A DNA stretch of 64,000 nt from Spirochaetia bacterium (GCA_038204425.1 JBBRCZ010000010.1:1-64000); one strand, 5' to 3'; shown: positions 10,047 through 19,943, counted from the first letter of the stretch. The notes: a model not told the origin generated them from the sequence alone. Translations and numbers: made by a program.

Positions 10047-10682
10047 ATGAACACTGTTTCACTCTGGACAATTTTTGAAATGGGCGGCTTTTTTATGTGG
10101 CCGCTACTTGTTTTTTCGGTACTGACAATAACCCTAATAGTAGAACGAACGGTGTTTTTGCTTTACCACAATCTCAAGCTTGATGACTTGCAATCTAAAC
10201 TCAATGGTTACATTCTAGCAGGAGACTACTTGGCCGCCTCACAGTGGATCAACGGTCTCAAAAAGCGTCGCATAGGCGCTCGCATCTTTGCTGCGCTCAT
10301 GGATCATGCCCACATGAGCGAGCATTTGATGGAAAAAGCTGTCGACGCCGAAGCCGGCAGCAACCTTCGCAAGATGGAAAATGGCTTTAATTTTTTGGTA
10401 GCCTTGGGCTCTTTGGCCCCACTTACTGGATTTCTCGGTACTGTTTCGGGCATGATTGGCGCATTTAAGTCGATTGCCGAAGCGCCAGAGGTCAATGCTC
10501 AGATTGTAGCCAATGGCATCTATGAAGCGCTGGTGACTACAGTCTTTGGTTTGATTATTGCTATCATCGCCATCATTGGCCACAATATTTTGACCCATGT
10601 GGTCGACAGTTTTGCTGGCCGAGTTGAGCAGTCTGTTAGCCAAGTGATTGTCAACATCTCCCACAAAGAGCAAAGTCAATAA
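10047..10682 (+). CDS. exbB: MotA/TolQ/ExbB proton channel
   Basis: APLTGFLGTVSGMI, GIYEALVTTVFGL; AAGGAG RBS. Confidence 0.93.
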   Translation: MNTVSLWTIFEMGGFFMWPLLVFSVLTITLIVERTVFLLYHNLKLDDLQSKLNGYILAGDYLAASQWINGLKKRRIGARIFAALMDHAHMSEHLMEKAVDAEAGSNLRKMENGFNFLVALGSLAPLTGFLGTVSGMIGAFKSIAEAPEVNAQIVANGIYEALVTTVFGLIIAIIAIIGHNILTHVVDSFAGRVEQSVSQVIVNISHKEQSQ

Positions 10683-10691
10683 GGCTGCATA

Positions 10692-11123
10692 ATGAAAATC
10701 ACACGCATCAGGAGAAATAAGTCAGACGCCTTAGAGGCAGGAACTTTGAGCGATTTGGCATTTTTGCTCATCATTTATTTTATTGTGATAGCAGGATTTA
10801 ACATTAACCAAGGCTTTATGTTTAATCTGGCCGGCAAAGACTCAGTCAAGCTGGTGTTTAAAGACGACGCCATGCAAATTGACCTCGACCAAGGCGGCAA
10901 TCTTTGGTTGCAGGCCCAAAGCTATCAGATGCAAGAACTTGCCAATCTGATGAGTCAGGTCAGCAAAACCCAGCCCAACTTAACGGTATTACTTAGAATC
11001 CACCCAGACGCTTCTTGGCAATCAGTGGTCAACTTTATGGACGTGATACAAGAAAAGGGAATAGTCAACTTTTCGTTCGTCCTAAACAAAGACGCAACAG
11101 GAGTAAACTCCGATGGGGCTTAG
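10692..11123 (+). CDS. exbD: ExbD/TolR protein
   Basis: LSDLAFLLIIYF TM segment with conserved Asp. Confidence 0.88.
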   Translation: MKITRIRRNKSDALEAGTLSDLAFLLIIYFIVIAGFNINQGFMFNLAGKDSVKLVFKDDAMQIDLDQGGNLWLQAQSYQMQELANLMSQVSKTQPNLTVLLRIHPDASWQSVVNFMDVIQEKGIVNFSFVLNKDATGVNSDGA

Positions 11124-11129
11124 CGGCTT

Positions 11130-11525
11130 ATGAAGATTAAACGCAGCCAACAAAGAAAGCCTCTGATTCCTATCAACGCTATGTCAGATATTGGCTTTTT
11201 ACTCTTGATCTTTATCATGTTGGTTTCACTCATCAACTACCGGGTGGAAGTTAAGATTGACTATCCAGAAGCTCAAAACATCAAGCGAACACAAGAAACT
11301 TATAATCTCGAGCTTTGGATTGACGAGTCAGGCAGCTACTTTATTGATGGCAAAGCCAGCACACTTGGCGACATTGAAAAGGCTATCGTAGTTGCTTACG
11401 CTCAGCAGCCCGCCACACGAGTACATGTCATCTCGGATCGCAAGACTGCCTATCGCCATGTGGCCGCCATTGTGGAAATTTTGCAGTTATTGCAGCATCG
11501 GCAGGTTAGTTTTGTGGTCAAGTAA
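11130..11525 (+). CDS. exbD: ExbD/TolR protein (second paralog)
   Basis: MSDIGFLLLIFIM, SDRKTAY. Confidence 0.88.
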   Translation: MKIKRSQQRKPLIPINAMSDIGFLLLIFIMLVSLINYRVEVKIDYPEAQNIKRTQETYNLELWIDESGSYFIDGKASTLGDIEKAIVVAYAQQPATRVHVISDRKTAYRHVAAIVEILQLLQHRQVSFVVK

Positions 11526-11549
11526 TTTGTGCACAGGTAAACGGAGTTT

Positions 11550-12137
11550 GTGGTGAAAAAAATAGCTTTATTTGCCCTGGTAGCCCTTGCCCACCTCGTG
11601 GTTGTCCTGACGTTAAACTTTGTTAGTGGTCAAGCAAGGCAAGCGGTACCGGAGCGTGCGGAAGTCTTTAAACTGGTGGACGTCAACTTTAAAGAGCCAG
11701 AAAAAATAGAACCACCGCCTAAAGACATTCCCGAGCCCAGCCAAGTGGCTTTGCAGGACGCTACTAGTGAGGCGATTGTGGTAACCGAAGACCAGGTTCC
11801 GCTAAATAGTTCCAGTGCTGCTCTAGAAGAAGACTACTTGCCAATGCACAAGATCTCGCAGGTGCCGCAAATAAATGAGTCGCTGGTTCGCAAAAATCTA
11901 CGCTATCCAGAAATAGCTCGTCGTAGCGAAAAAGAAGGACTCGTCTATCTTGAATTGTTTATTGATCGTGAAGGGCGTGTGCGTAAGATTTCAGTGCTCA
12001 AGGAAGAACCGAGCGGGCTCGGCTTCGCCGAAGCTGCAGTGCAAGCCTTTAGTGACTTTGTTTGCACCCCAGCTAAGGCGAACGGGCAAGCCGTCTCGGT
12101 TCGTTATCGTTATCCCATTAGGTTTAGTCTTCGCTAA
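11550..12137 (+). CDS. tonB: Energy transducer TonB
   Basis: N-terminal TM with His, Pro-rich linker, YPEIARRSEKEG...PIRF C-domain. Confidence 0.92.
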   Translation: MVKKIALFALVALAHLVVVLTLNFVSGQARQAVPERAEVFKLVDVNFKEPEKIEPPPKDIPEPSQVALQDATSEAIVVTEDQVPLNSSSAALEEDYLPMHKISQVPQINESLVRKNLRYPEIARRSEKEGLVYLELFIDREGRVRKISVLKEEPSGLGFAEAAVQAFSDFVCTPAKANGQAVSVRYRYPIRFSLR

Positions 12138-12160
12138 AATCCAAAGTTATAAAACCACAG

Positions 12161-12952
12161 TTAGCTAAAGAAGCCTGACAGATACTCTTTGGTCTTGTCT
12201 TGACTTGGTTTGTTAAACAGCGCGTCTGTTTTGGCAAACTCAATCAGCGATCCAACAAAAAAGAATCCAGTATAGTCGCTGACACGCAATGCTTGTTGCA
12301 TATTGTGGGTGACTATTACTATAGAAACCTTGTTTTTGAGCTCCTTGATGAGCTCCTCAATTTTAATGGTGGAATTTGGATCAAGTGAACTGGTTGGTTC
12401 GTCCATAAGCAGGACTTCTGGTTCAATTGCCAAGGCCCTAGCTATCGAGAGCCGTTGCTGCTGTCCGCCAGACAAACTGCCGCCTGGACTCTTAAGTCTG
12501 TCTTTGACTTCGTCCCATAGAGCCGCGCCTTGCAAGGCCTTTTCTACGGCTTCATCAAGAATCGACTTTTTTCGAATGCCAACCAAAGCCAGACCGGCCG
12601 CCACATTGTCGTAGATTGACTTGGTTGGAAACGGGGTTGGTTTTTGAAACACCATACCTATTTTACGTCGGACCACTACCGGATCAACTTTGGCTGCGTA
12701 GATGTCTTCACCGTCAAGCAGTGCTTGTCCAGTCACCGCAGTTTCGGGACTCAGGTCATGCATACGATTGAGCGCACGCAAGTAGGTGGTCTTACCGCAT
12801 CCTGAGGGTCCAATCAAGGCGGTAACCTGATTGTTGTAGACCGGCATAGATATATCGCGCACGCCAAAACTTGATTTGTTATAACAAACTGACAGGTCTT
12901 TGGTCTCCATGCGAAAGGACTCTGCGGTGTTCACTTGTTCTAAAGTACTCAT
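12161..12952 (-). CDS. pstB: Phosphate ABC transporter ATPase
   Basis: [35 protein letters not shown]. Confidence 0.96.
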   Translation of the reverse strand: MSTLEQVNTAESFRMETKDLSVCYNKSSFGVRDISMPVYNNQVTALIGPSGCGKTTYLRALNRMHDLSPETAVTGQALLDGEDIYAAKVDPVVVRRKIGMVFQKPTPFPTKSIYDNVAAGLALVGIRKKSILDEAVEKALQGAALWDEVKDRLKSPGGSLSGGQQQRLSIARALAIEPEVLLMDEPTSSLDPNSTIKIEELIKELKNKVSIVIVTHNMQQALRVSDYTGFFFVGSLIEFAKTDALFNKPSQDKTKEYLSGFFS

Positions 12953-13851
12953 TGCCCGATCTCCTTACTGTTTTGATTTTTGCCAATATTCTCAATTTGT
13001 GTTGCTTGGCGCTCCATCCGATTGACCACCAGTCGGCCAATAAAGAAGGTTATCATGACAAATAGCAAGAGAATAATGGCTCCTGCCCATCCCATGCCGT
13101 GCCATACTTTATAAGGACTTATGGCCAAGCTATAAAGCCGTTGAGGCAAAGTATCCATTGGACTCATTAGGTCAAAGGTAAGGAAGTTGTTGCCAAACGA
13201 GGTGAGCATCAATGGAGCAGCCTCACCTGCTGCGCGAGCAAAGGCAATCAGAATACCAGTGATGATACCGTTTTTGGCAGCAGGTACTACCAACGACATG
13301 GTAACTCGCCAGCGCGGCAGACCAATGGCAAGGCCTACTTCGCGCAAGCTCCAGGGCGTAATGCGTAAGACGCTTTCGGTGGTAGCAGAAATGATCGGGA
13401 TCATAACAAAGGCTAGCGCCACCGCACCGGCAAGGGCTGAGAACCCACCAGTATTTTTGACTACCAAGGCATAAGCCAAGAGTCCCATCAGCACCGCTGG
13501 CATACCGTTAAGAGTCTTGCTCATAAGCCTAGCAAAACCCGACATTGGATGGTCTGGATACTCGCTCATCAGAATGCCGGTTGCAAGACCAAAGGGGACG
13601 GCCATTAACAGGGCAACTAGGTCAATAATTATAGTACCAATAATCGAATGCACCAAGCCAGTTGGTTTGCCTTGTATAGCACGACTTGGACTGCCAAGCT
13701 CTTGAGTAAAAAAGTCGCCGTTGATAGATCCGATACCATTTACAACTACGTAGATAATAATAATGGCCAATGGGACGATAACCAATAGGGTTAGCAGGAC
13801 TATAAAAACTTGGACAACTTTGTCACGGGCATAACGCGCAGATAGTTCCAT
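12949..13851 (-). CDS. pstA: Phosphate ABC permease PstA
   Basis: [15 protein letters not shown]-like motif, position in operon. Confidence 0.93.
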   Translation of the reverse strand: MELSARYARDKVVQVFIVLLTLLVIVPLAIIIIYVVVNGIGSINGDFFTQELGSPSRAIQGKPTGLVHSIIGTIIIDLVALLMAVPFGLATGILMSEYPDHPMSGFARLMSKTLNGMPAVLMGLLAYALVVKNTGGFSALAGAVALAFVMIPIISATTESVLRITPWSLREVGLAIGLPRWRVTMSLVVPAAKNGIITGILIAFARAAGEAAPLMLTSFGNNFLTFDLMSPMDTLPQRLYSLAISPYKVWHGMGWAGAIILLLFVMITFFIGRLVVNRMERQATQIENIGKNQNSKEIGQ

Positions 13852-14831
13852 TATAGCTTCCTTTGACCGGCCAGCTTGCGCTGAACCAAAGTGGCAATCA
13901 TGTTGATCACTATGGTGATCAAAAAGAGATAGAAACCAACAGCGATGATGCTGGTGTAATGCAACGGTTCGACAGCCTCTCTAAACTCGTTTATGATCAG
14001 CGAAGGCATGGTGGCAGCTGGCCCAAAGAGCGTAAACGGTAGCCGGTTGGAATTACCAATTAACATCGCAATTGCCATGGTTTCACCTAAGGCTCTAGCC
14101 AAGGAAAGCAGGATTCCCGCTATGATGCCTGAGCGAGCATAGGGCAAAACTGCCAGCTTCATTACTTCCCAACGCGTAGAACCCAAGGCCCAAGCTGCTT
14201 CGCGCTGTTCTTTGGGTACCAGTCTGATGGCGTCGCGTGATAGAGCCACCGTATAAGGCACAATCATCAAGGCGAGTATCAAGGTAGCGGTTATTATATT
14301 GTAGCCAGAAGGATTTCCAAGCATAGGGACCATCCACTGAGCATGCTCATAGGCCCATTCGTAGATTGGCATATAAACCGCATCTCGCATAAAAGGGGCA
14401 AAGTTAAAGATACCCCAGATACCTATAACAACGCTAGGAATTGCTGCCAAAAGATCAACAAGGTAGTTGATCACGGTTGCCAACCAACGTGGAGCATACT
14501 CGCTTGTAAATATAGCTACAGCAAGTGCAGGTAAGACAGCGAGAGCGAGAGCGCCAAAACTGGTTACCAATGTGCCGATTATAAAAGGCAGCGCACCGTG
14601 GATTCCAGCCACCGGATCCCAGGTAGAGGAAGTCAAAAAGTTGAGATAGCCAAACTTAGAAAAAGTTGGACTAGCTTCTATCCATAATACCACTGCCATT
14701 GCTAGTGCCAGTAGAATAATACCGCTACTGAGAGCAACTATAATGGTCTTAAAAACGCGATCACCCGGTCTACGATAGCGAGCCGGTGCAAGTCGCTTGA
14801 TAAGCTGGGAATGATCCAGGGTATCTATCAT
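13851..14831 (-). CDS. pstC: Phosphate ABC permease PstC
   Basis: LLAAIPSVVIG, RALGETMA. Confidence 0.94.
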   Translation of the reverse strand: MIDTLDHSQLIKRLAPARYRRPGDRVFKTIIVALSSGIILLALAMAVVLWIEASPTFSKFGYLNFLTSSTWDPVAGIHGALPFIIGTLVTSFGALALAVLPALAVAIFTSEYAPRWLATVINYLVDLLAAIPSVVIGIWGIFNFAPFMRDAVYMPIYEWAYEHAQWMVPMLGNPSGYNIITATLILALMIVPYTVALSRDAIRLVPKEQREAAWALGSTRWEVMKLAVLPYARSGIIAGILLSLARALGETMAIAMLIGNSNRLPFTLFGPAATMPSLIINEFREAVEPLHYTSIIAVGFYLFLITIVINMIATLVQRKLAGQRKL

Positions 14832-14888
14832 ACGGCACTCCTGAGTTTTTTTTTCTAAGCGCAGCCTACTGTTGCCTTGGCTGCTCTT

Positions 14889-14917
14889 GCGTTAGAACTA
14901 TGTTAAAAATTGGTTAA
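14889..14917 (-). promoter_or_regulatory. PHO-box-like direct repeats upstream of pstC
   Basis: Minus strand TTAACCA, TTAACAT, CTAACGC at exact 11-bp spacing. Confidence 0.6.
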
Positions 14918-14952
14918 GCAGCTCGACATTTTCCTTCGCTAATATGACTTCA

Positions 14953-14991
14953 ATAATAAAAAACGCTGTCGGAGCATGCTCCGACAGCGTT
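14953..14991 (-). terminator. Intrinsic terminator/stabilising hairpin after pstS
   Basis: Perfect 30-bp palindrome AACGCTGTCGGAGCATGCTCCGACAGCGTT (14962-14991) followed by T-rich tract on minus strand. Confidence 0.85.
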
Positions 14992-15022
14992 AGATAAAAA
15001 TCTGCTCTAAAGTCTAAACTTC

Positions 15023-16156
15023 TTAGCGAACTTTGTAACGATCTACAATTTGCTTGCCAATCGCTTCACCCTTAAACTTGAGCTGAGAAACCATGCGTTC
15101 AGCAAGTTCTTGCGCATCCTTTGGTAGACGAGCAAAGCTCAAGCCTTCGTTGATGTCTTGACCACGAGTGATTACCCAGTACAAAAAGTTTACCAATTGC
15201 ACAGCAGTATCTCGGTCGGTAATTGCTGCATTGCGGTCAAGGTTTTCGTAAACCAAAGCCCATGAAAAACCAGCAATTGGGTAGCCATCTTTTGCTGTTG
15301 TTTCGGTCAAAGAAACACGGCCATCAGCTGGGATAGTTACTGCAGCAGCCAAGCCTGTAGCCTTAAGTGAAGGCACAACCGTAGTTCCAGACTTGTTGAT
15401 AACGCTACCGTAGGCGATGTCATTAAGCACTGCGTATACCAAGCTGTTGTAACCCAATGCTCCAGGAGTGTTTTGAACCACACCTGCAACACCTTCGTTA
15501 CCGTTACCGCCGGTTCCTACTAGCCATTTAACTGAACTTCCCTTACCCACTTTGGTGGCCCATTCAGTGTTTACCTTGCTAAGATAGTCGGTAAACACGG
15601 CGGTAGTGCCCGAACCGTCAGAACGATGCACAATCGCTATGGGCAGGTTAGGAAGTTTAACACTAGGATTGAGAGCTGCAATCTTTGGGTCGTTCCAGCG
15701 CGTAATCATGCCAAGATAAGTCTCTGAAATAGTTTGTGCGTTAAAAACCAAACCTTTTTTGATTCCTGGCAGGTTGTAGGTAAGCACAACGTCACCAAGT
15801 GTCAATGGCAGGTTAAAGGCCAAACCTGCAGTCTTGTCTTTGGCGTCGCTCATTTGCTTGTCGTTAAGTGCCGATTCAGTGGCACCAAACATAATGGTCT
15901 GTTCAATAAACTGGCGAATACCACCACCAGATCCGATTGACTGGTAGTTTACGGTTACGCGACCCTTGGTAAAGGTTCGGTACTCATCTGCCCAAGCAGT
16001 GAGAAGCGGAGCTGGAAAAGATGCACCGGCACCCAAAAGTTCAAACTTTTTGTTGCTAGCTGCTGCAACATCTTTTTCTGCCTGACCATTGGCCATGAGT
16101 GGACTGGCCGCAGCCACCAACAAAGTAGCCAAAGCAAGTGTTCTAAAAATCTTCAT
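15023..16156 (-). CDS. pstS: Phosphate-binding protein PstS
   Basis: GAGASFPAP, YQSIGSGGG, HRSDGSGTT, YPI; start moved to ATG 16156 (GGAGG RBS). Confidence 0.96.
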   Translation of the reverse strand: MKIFRTLALATLLVAAASPLMANGQAEKDVAAASNKKFELLGAGASFPAPLLTAWADEYRTFTKGRVTVNYQSIGSGGGIRQFIEQTIMFGATESALNDKQMSDAKDKTAGLAFNLPLTLGDVVLTYNLPGIKKGLVFNAQTISETYLGMITRWNDPKIAALNPSVKLPNLPIAIVHRSDGSGTTAVFTDYLSKVNTEWATKVGKGSSVKWLVGTGGNGNEGVAGVVQNTPGALGYNSLVYAVLNDIAYGSVINKSGTTVVPSLKATGLAAAVTIPADGRVSLTETTAKDGYPIAGFSWALVYENLDRNAAITDRDTAVQLVNFLYWVITRGQDINEGLSFARLPKDAQELAERMVSQLKFKGEAIGKQIVDRYKVR

Positions 16157-16204
16157 TACTGTTCCTCCTAATTGGAATTCAATATCAGGCAGTATCAAAT
16201 GGTG

Positions 16205-16244
16205 ATGTTAGCCAGATGAGAGACTCATGTTAGTAGTGGGTAAG
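16205..16244 (-). promoter_or_regulatory. PHO-box-like direct repeats upstream of pstS
   Basis: Minus strand CTTACCC, CTAACAT, CTCTCAT, CTAACAT at exact 11-bp spacing. Confidence 0.65.
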
Positions 16245-16262
16245 AATCGTATGATTAATTGG

Positions 16263-17939
16263 TTAGCGCAAGGTGGATAGAGCGGCTGAAATGCCGAGAC
16301 AGCTGTCGCCAATATTTTCTAAGTAGGCAACTACATCCATAAAGGCTAGCTCGCCTTTAATATGTGCTTGCTGATGGTTTTCCAAAAAGCGTCGCGCCTT
16401 CCTTTTGAGTTGATCGCGAGCCTTGTCAATTTCCGCTTCCATGCTTTGTGCCAGCACCCAGTCCGACTGGGCCACCTCTCCCGACAGATAGTCGGCGTTG
16501 TACTTAAGAAAGTCCAAGACTTGGGCCGAAAAATCAAAGAGCTCGTCGCGGCTTTCGTCATGAAAGCGATACTGCTTGGCAAAACTGCGTCCAAGCACAA
16601 TCATTATGCGTTTGCAGTCAGCTCCAATACTGAGCAACTCGTGAGCGATACGTTGCTGCTGCCGCATGCGCAGGGCCTGGCTTGGCCCAGCGGAGTGTTG
16701 AACGCTTTCGGTAAGTGCCGTATCCAACTGCCTATCTGTTTTAGATAACAAAATCCAAGCAGCCGCGACCTGCGTGTTAAGCTCTGGGTTCATGTCCGGA
16801 AGCTGCGAGGCATTCATAACTGCCATCAGCATTTCGTGGGCACGACTTGCCATGCGAGCCAAGGCGCTTTGGGTTATCGCCAAATTGGTATCAAGGGCAT
16901 CCGGTATGGATGCCTTAAGCAAAGGCAGCTCATCATCATCTTCTGCTTCTTGGTCTTTGCTAGCTCTTGGCTTTATGAGCGCCTTGGCAAGCATCTTAAA
17001 CATCCCTATCAGAGGCAATGTCGCAAGCAAATAAAAGAGCTGCAAAAAAGTGTAAAAGAGCGCAAGCCTAACACTTGAGCTTTCTGCTCCAAAAAGCATC
17101 TTAGGAAAAATTGCTCGCACTAGTTCTATAAAATAAGGAAAGACAAGCAGCAATAACAATGCTTGCGCAAGATTGACCATAAGAAAGAACAATACGCCGC
17201 GACGAGCGTCGAGATTGTAGCTGCGCGCCGAAAAACACTGAAGTGTTGCAATACCCAGACTACTCGCAGCTATCATGGATGCCGATGCTTCAAAGCTCAA
17301 CCAGTCGCGCTGTGAGAGCGACATCGCCAAGATGAGCACTCCCACGTTGGAACGTAAAACTATAGACAAAACAAGACCCGTCAAAAAAGCCAACAACAAG
17401 CCGTTATTATCTGAAGAAAGCCTCGCTAGGTAGTGCACAAGCAGATCATTGTCTTTTATAAAACTTGTGTCTAAACCCAAAAGTGAGATACCTAAAAACA
17501 GCAGCCCCATACCAATAAAAAGATCGCCGTACTGATATTTTTCTGGACCACTATTGATCTTAAAGGGCAAGGCCAGCGCAAGGAACAACATCGCAATAGC
17601 AGAAAAGCCAAGCAGGTAAGCGAATATTGACAAAAACCATGCACTGGCAATAGTGCCAAGTCCTATGCCCATCAACATCCAAGGCAAGGCTTCCGGGACA
17701 AGAAATCCCGCATTGATTTTGGATAGTAGCAGGCTCAATCCAGACGAACTTGAGCCAGTAATGGTCGCCAAACCTGTACCACTGGCGACACTTTCAAATG
17801 GGTTCCACGTGCGTTTGGCGAGAATACGTCTTATGAGCGGCCCACCTGTTCTTGTCAAATTGCTACTTAGCTGCCAGAAACCTACCATGCTAACCGTTAG
17901 GGCACCAACTATCGAAACTATGCTAATAGCGAGACTCAT
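16263..17939 (-). CDS. Na/Pi cotransporter (NptA/SLC34-like) family protein with PhoU-like C-terminal helical domains; divergent
   Basis: Multi-TM N-half with inverted-repeat layout; C-terminal ELLSIGAD...MEAEIDKARD...YLENIGD pattern; adjacent to pst. Confidence 0.78.
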   Translation of the reverse strand: MSLAISIVSIVGALTVSMVGFWQLSSNLTRTGGPLIRRILAKRTWNPFESVASGTGLATITGSSSSGLSLLLSKINAGFLVPEALPWMLMGIGLGTIASAWFLSIFAYLLGFSAIAMLFLALALPFKINSGPEKYQYGDLFIGMGLLFLGISLLGLDTSFIKDNDLLVHYLARLSSDNNGLLLAFLTGLVLSIVLRSNVGVLILAMSLSQRDWLSFEASASMIAASSLGIATLQCFSARSYNLDARRGVLFFLMVNLAQALLLLLVFPYFIELVRAIFPKMLFGAESSSVRLALFYTFLQLFYLLATLPLIGMFKMLAKALIKPRASKDQEAEDDDELPLLKASIPDALDTNLAITQSALARMASRAHEMLMAVMNASQLPDMNPELNTQVAAAWILLSKTDRQLDTALTESVQHSAGPSQALRMRQQQRIAHELLSIGADCKRIMIVLGRSFAKQYRFHDESRDELFDFSAQVLDFLKYNADYLSGEVAQSDWVLAQSMEAEIDKARDQLKRKARRFLENHQQAHIKGELAFMDVVAYLENIGDSCLGISAALSTLR

Positions 17940-18598
17940 GATGGTTGACCTTGTAACTGTAGAAATTTGCCGTCGGTGTTGTTCTGCAAAAATTGTCTAA
18001 ATCGCTTGCGCTGCCCTGGCATCTTGAGGGCCGAATCCAGCGCTTTTTCTTTAAAAGTAAACTTGATGTCTCCAGAAATATCCAAATATTCTTGGGCATT
18101 ATCCGCCGAGGCGATATAGGGTGGTGCACCTTTACTGGCTAAAAGATAGTTGAGGATAATATTGCCGGTTCTATGGTTACCCTCCAAAAAGAGCTGGGGC
18201 TGACTAAGTGCCTTGGTATAAAATCCGGTAGCGAGTTTAAACGGATCATTTTCTTTTATTTTGCTGAGCACCCATTCTTTGATAGGTTTGATCTTTTTTA
18301 AAAAACCTTTGCGAGTTTCCATCAAGTGCTGATAGTACTCACCTCGGGTTTTTAAGTCAGGACCACAGAGAACCAAGTGGTTAAGTTCAAGTAAGGCGTG
18401 CAGTCCAGCTGGGGTAAATAGATCAATCTTCTGCTCTATCAGCGAATTAAGAAACTTGTAGGCAACAACAATATTGGCAACTATGGTGTCATCAACCAGT
18501 TCTCGCCTCATAAGCAGGCGATTGTTGATTTGTGGAAAAGCAGCTTGGAAGCCTTTGAGAGACTGTTCTATAAGTTGGATATTAAAAAGCGTCGCCAT
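17936..18598 (-). CDS. Fic/Doc-fold protein with non-canonical motif
   Basis: QLFLEGNHRTG aligns to HPFxEGNGRxxR; LLELNHLVL helix typical of Fido fold. Confidence 0.7.
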   Translation of the reverse strand: MATLFNIQLIEQSLKGFQAAFPQINNRLLMRRELVDDTIVANIVVAYKFLNSLIEQKIDLFTPAGLHALLELNHLVLCGPDLKTRGEYYQHLMETRKGFLKKIKPIKEWVLSKIKENDPFKLATGFYTKALSQPQLFLEGNHRTGNIILNYLLASKGAPPYIASADNAQEYLDISGDIKFTFKEKALDSALKMPGQRKRFRQFLQNNTDGKFLQLQGQPS

Positions 18599-18701
18599 GT
18601 TAAGTAGTCACCACGTGAAGAAAACTAAACGATATAGTCCGTATTGGCAAGCCACTTTAATAGGCTGTCCAAAAGCACTGCAATTAAGATAGACTCAAAA
18701 G

Positions 18702-19943
18702 GTGAAACTTGTCGTTATTGGCGGCGGGCCTGCGGGCATGTTTGCTGCCATTAGAGCGGCAGAACTTGGAGCCGAGGTTTGCTTGCTTGAAAAAAACCAG
18801 ACTCTCGGCGCTAAGCTACTCATATCCGGTGGTGGACGCTGCAACTTTACTAACGCGGAGGCCGATCCGCGCCAACTGGCGGCTCACTACGGTAGCGCGC
18901 AGCAAGCCCTGCTTTCTCCTTTTAATAAGTTTTCCTCAAACGACTGTCTGGCGTGGTTTTCCCAGCGCGGCATGGCCTACAAAATAGAAGACAAGTTGCG
19001 AGCCTTTCCTGAGAGCAATAACTCAAGTTCGGTCTTGTCGGTATTAGTGGCGGAGTTAAAAAAGCAGCGCGTCCAGGTCCACTGTGGCATGCAAGTGCTT
19101 GGCTTACAAACAAAAGAAGACCGAATTGTGGCCGTCAAAACCAAAGAAGCCGTCATTGAGGCCGATCACTTTATTCTTGCCACCGGTGGCATTTCCCATC
19201 CCGAGACGGGCTCGACCGGAGACGGTTTCTCATGGTTGACGGCCCTTGGTCACCGGGTGCGTTATCCAGAACCATCATTGGTACCAATTGCCGTCAAAGA
19301 AAAGTGGATCTCAGACTTGCAAGGCATTGCAATTGGCAATGGGCGGATAGTTGCCACACTTGGATCGGAAGAACTATTGGCCAAAAGCGGCAAGTTTTTG
19401 TTTACCCATTTTGGACTAAGTGGCCCCCTGGTGCTCAATATGGCCAGCGATTTGGCACGCCTGCGACAAAAGACCTCGCGCCAAGGCGAACTAGTTTTAA
19501 AACTGGACTTTATGCCTGATTTGGATACTAAAGGTGTCGACGATCTGCTGCTAGAGCACTTTGCTATACAACATGGTAAGAAGCTCAAAAACGCACTCTC
19601 GACTATGCTTGCCGCTCGCCTGGTCTCACGCATTCTTGTGCAATCCGGGGTCGATACAGAAAAGTCAGTTAGCCAAATAAACAGGCAAGAAAGAATGGCG
19701 CTTGTGCAAGCTCTCAAAGGCCTATCCCTAACCTTTAAAAGCTTGATGGACCACAGCCGGGCTGTAGTTAGCTCAGGCGGTCTTAACCTAGACGAGTTAG
19801 ACTTTCGCAGCATGACCAGCAAAAAGGTACTCAACTTGAGTGTAAGCGGCGATCTTCTTGACATTAACCGCCCATCTGGTGGCTTTAGCCTGCAGTTGTG
19901 TTGGTCAAGCGCTTGGGTTGCCGCAAGCATCGCCCAAGCTTAA
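18702..19943 (+). CDS. HI0933/BaiN family flavoprotein
   Basis: GGGPAG, KLLISGGGRCNFTN, ATGG...TGSTGDG, LFTHFGLSGP, GGFSLQ. Confidence 0.93.
   Translation: MKLVVIGGGPAGMFAAIRAAELGAEVCLLEKNQTLGAKLLISGGGRCNFTNAEADPRQLAAHYGSAQQALLSPFNKFSSNDCLAWFSQRGMAYKIEDKLRAFPESNNSSSVLSVLVAELKKQRVQVHCGMQVLGLQTKEDRIVAVKTKEAVIEADHFILATGGISHPETGSTGDGFSWLTALGHRVRYPEPSLVPIAVKEKWISDLQGIAIGNGRIVATLGSEELLAKSGKFLFTHFGLSGPLVLNMASDLARLRQKTSRQGELVLKLDFMPDLDTKGVDDLLLEHFAIQHGKKLKNALSTMLAARLVSRILVQSGVDTEKSVSQINRQERMALVQALKGLSLTFKSLMDHSRAVVSSGGLNLDELDFRSMTSKKVLNLSVSGDLLDINRPSGGFSLQLCWSSAWVAASIAQA

Noticed and set aside
14962..14991. Palindrome as a MITE/REP element
   Set aside because: No second copy noticed; position and T-tract fit a terminator
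17936..18598. Fic/Doc toxin-antitoxin or prophage marker
   Set aside because: No small antitoxin ORF, integrase or phage genes nearby; catalytic His absent
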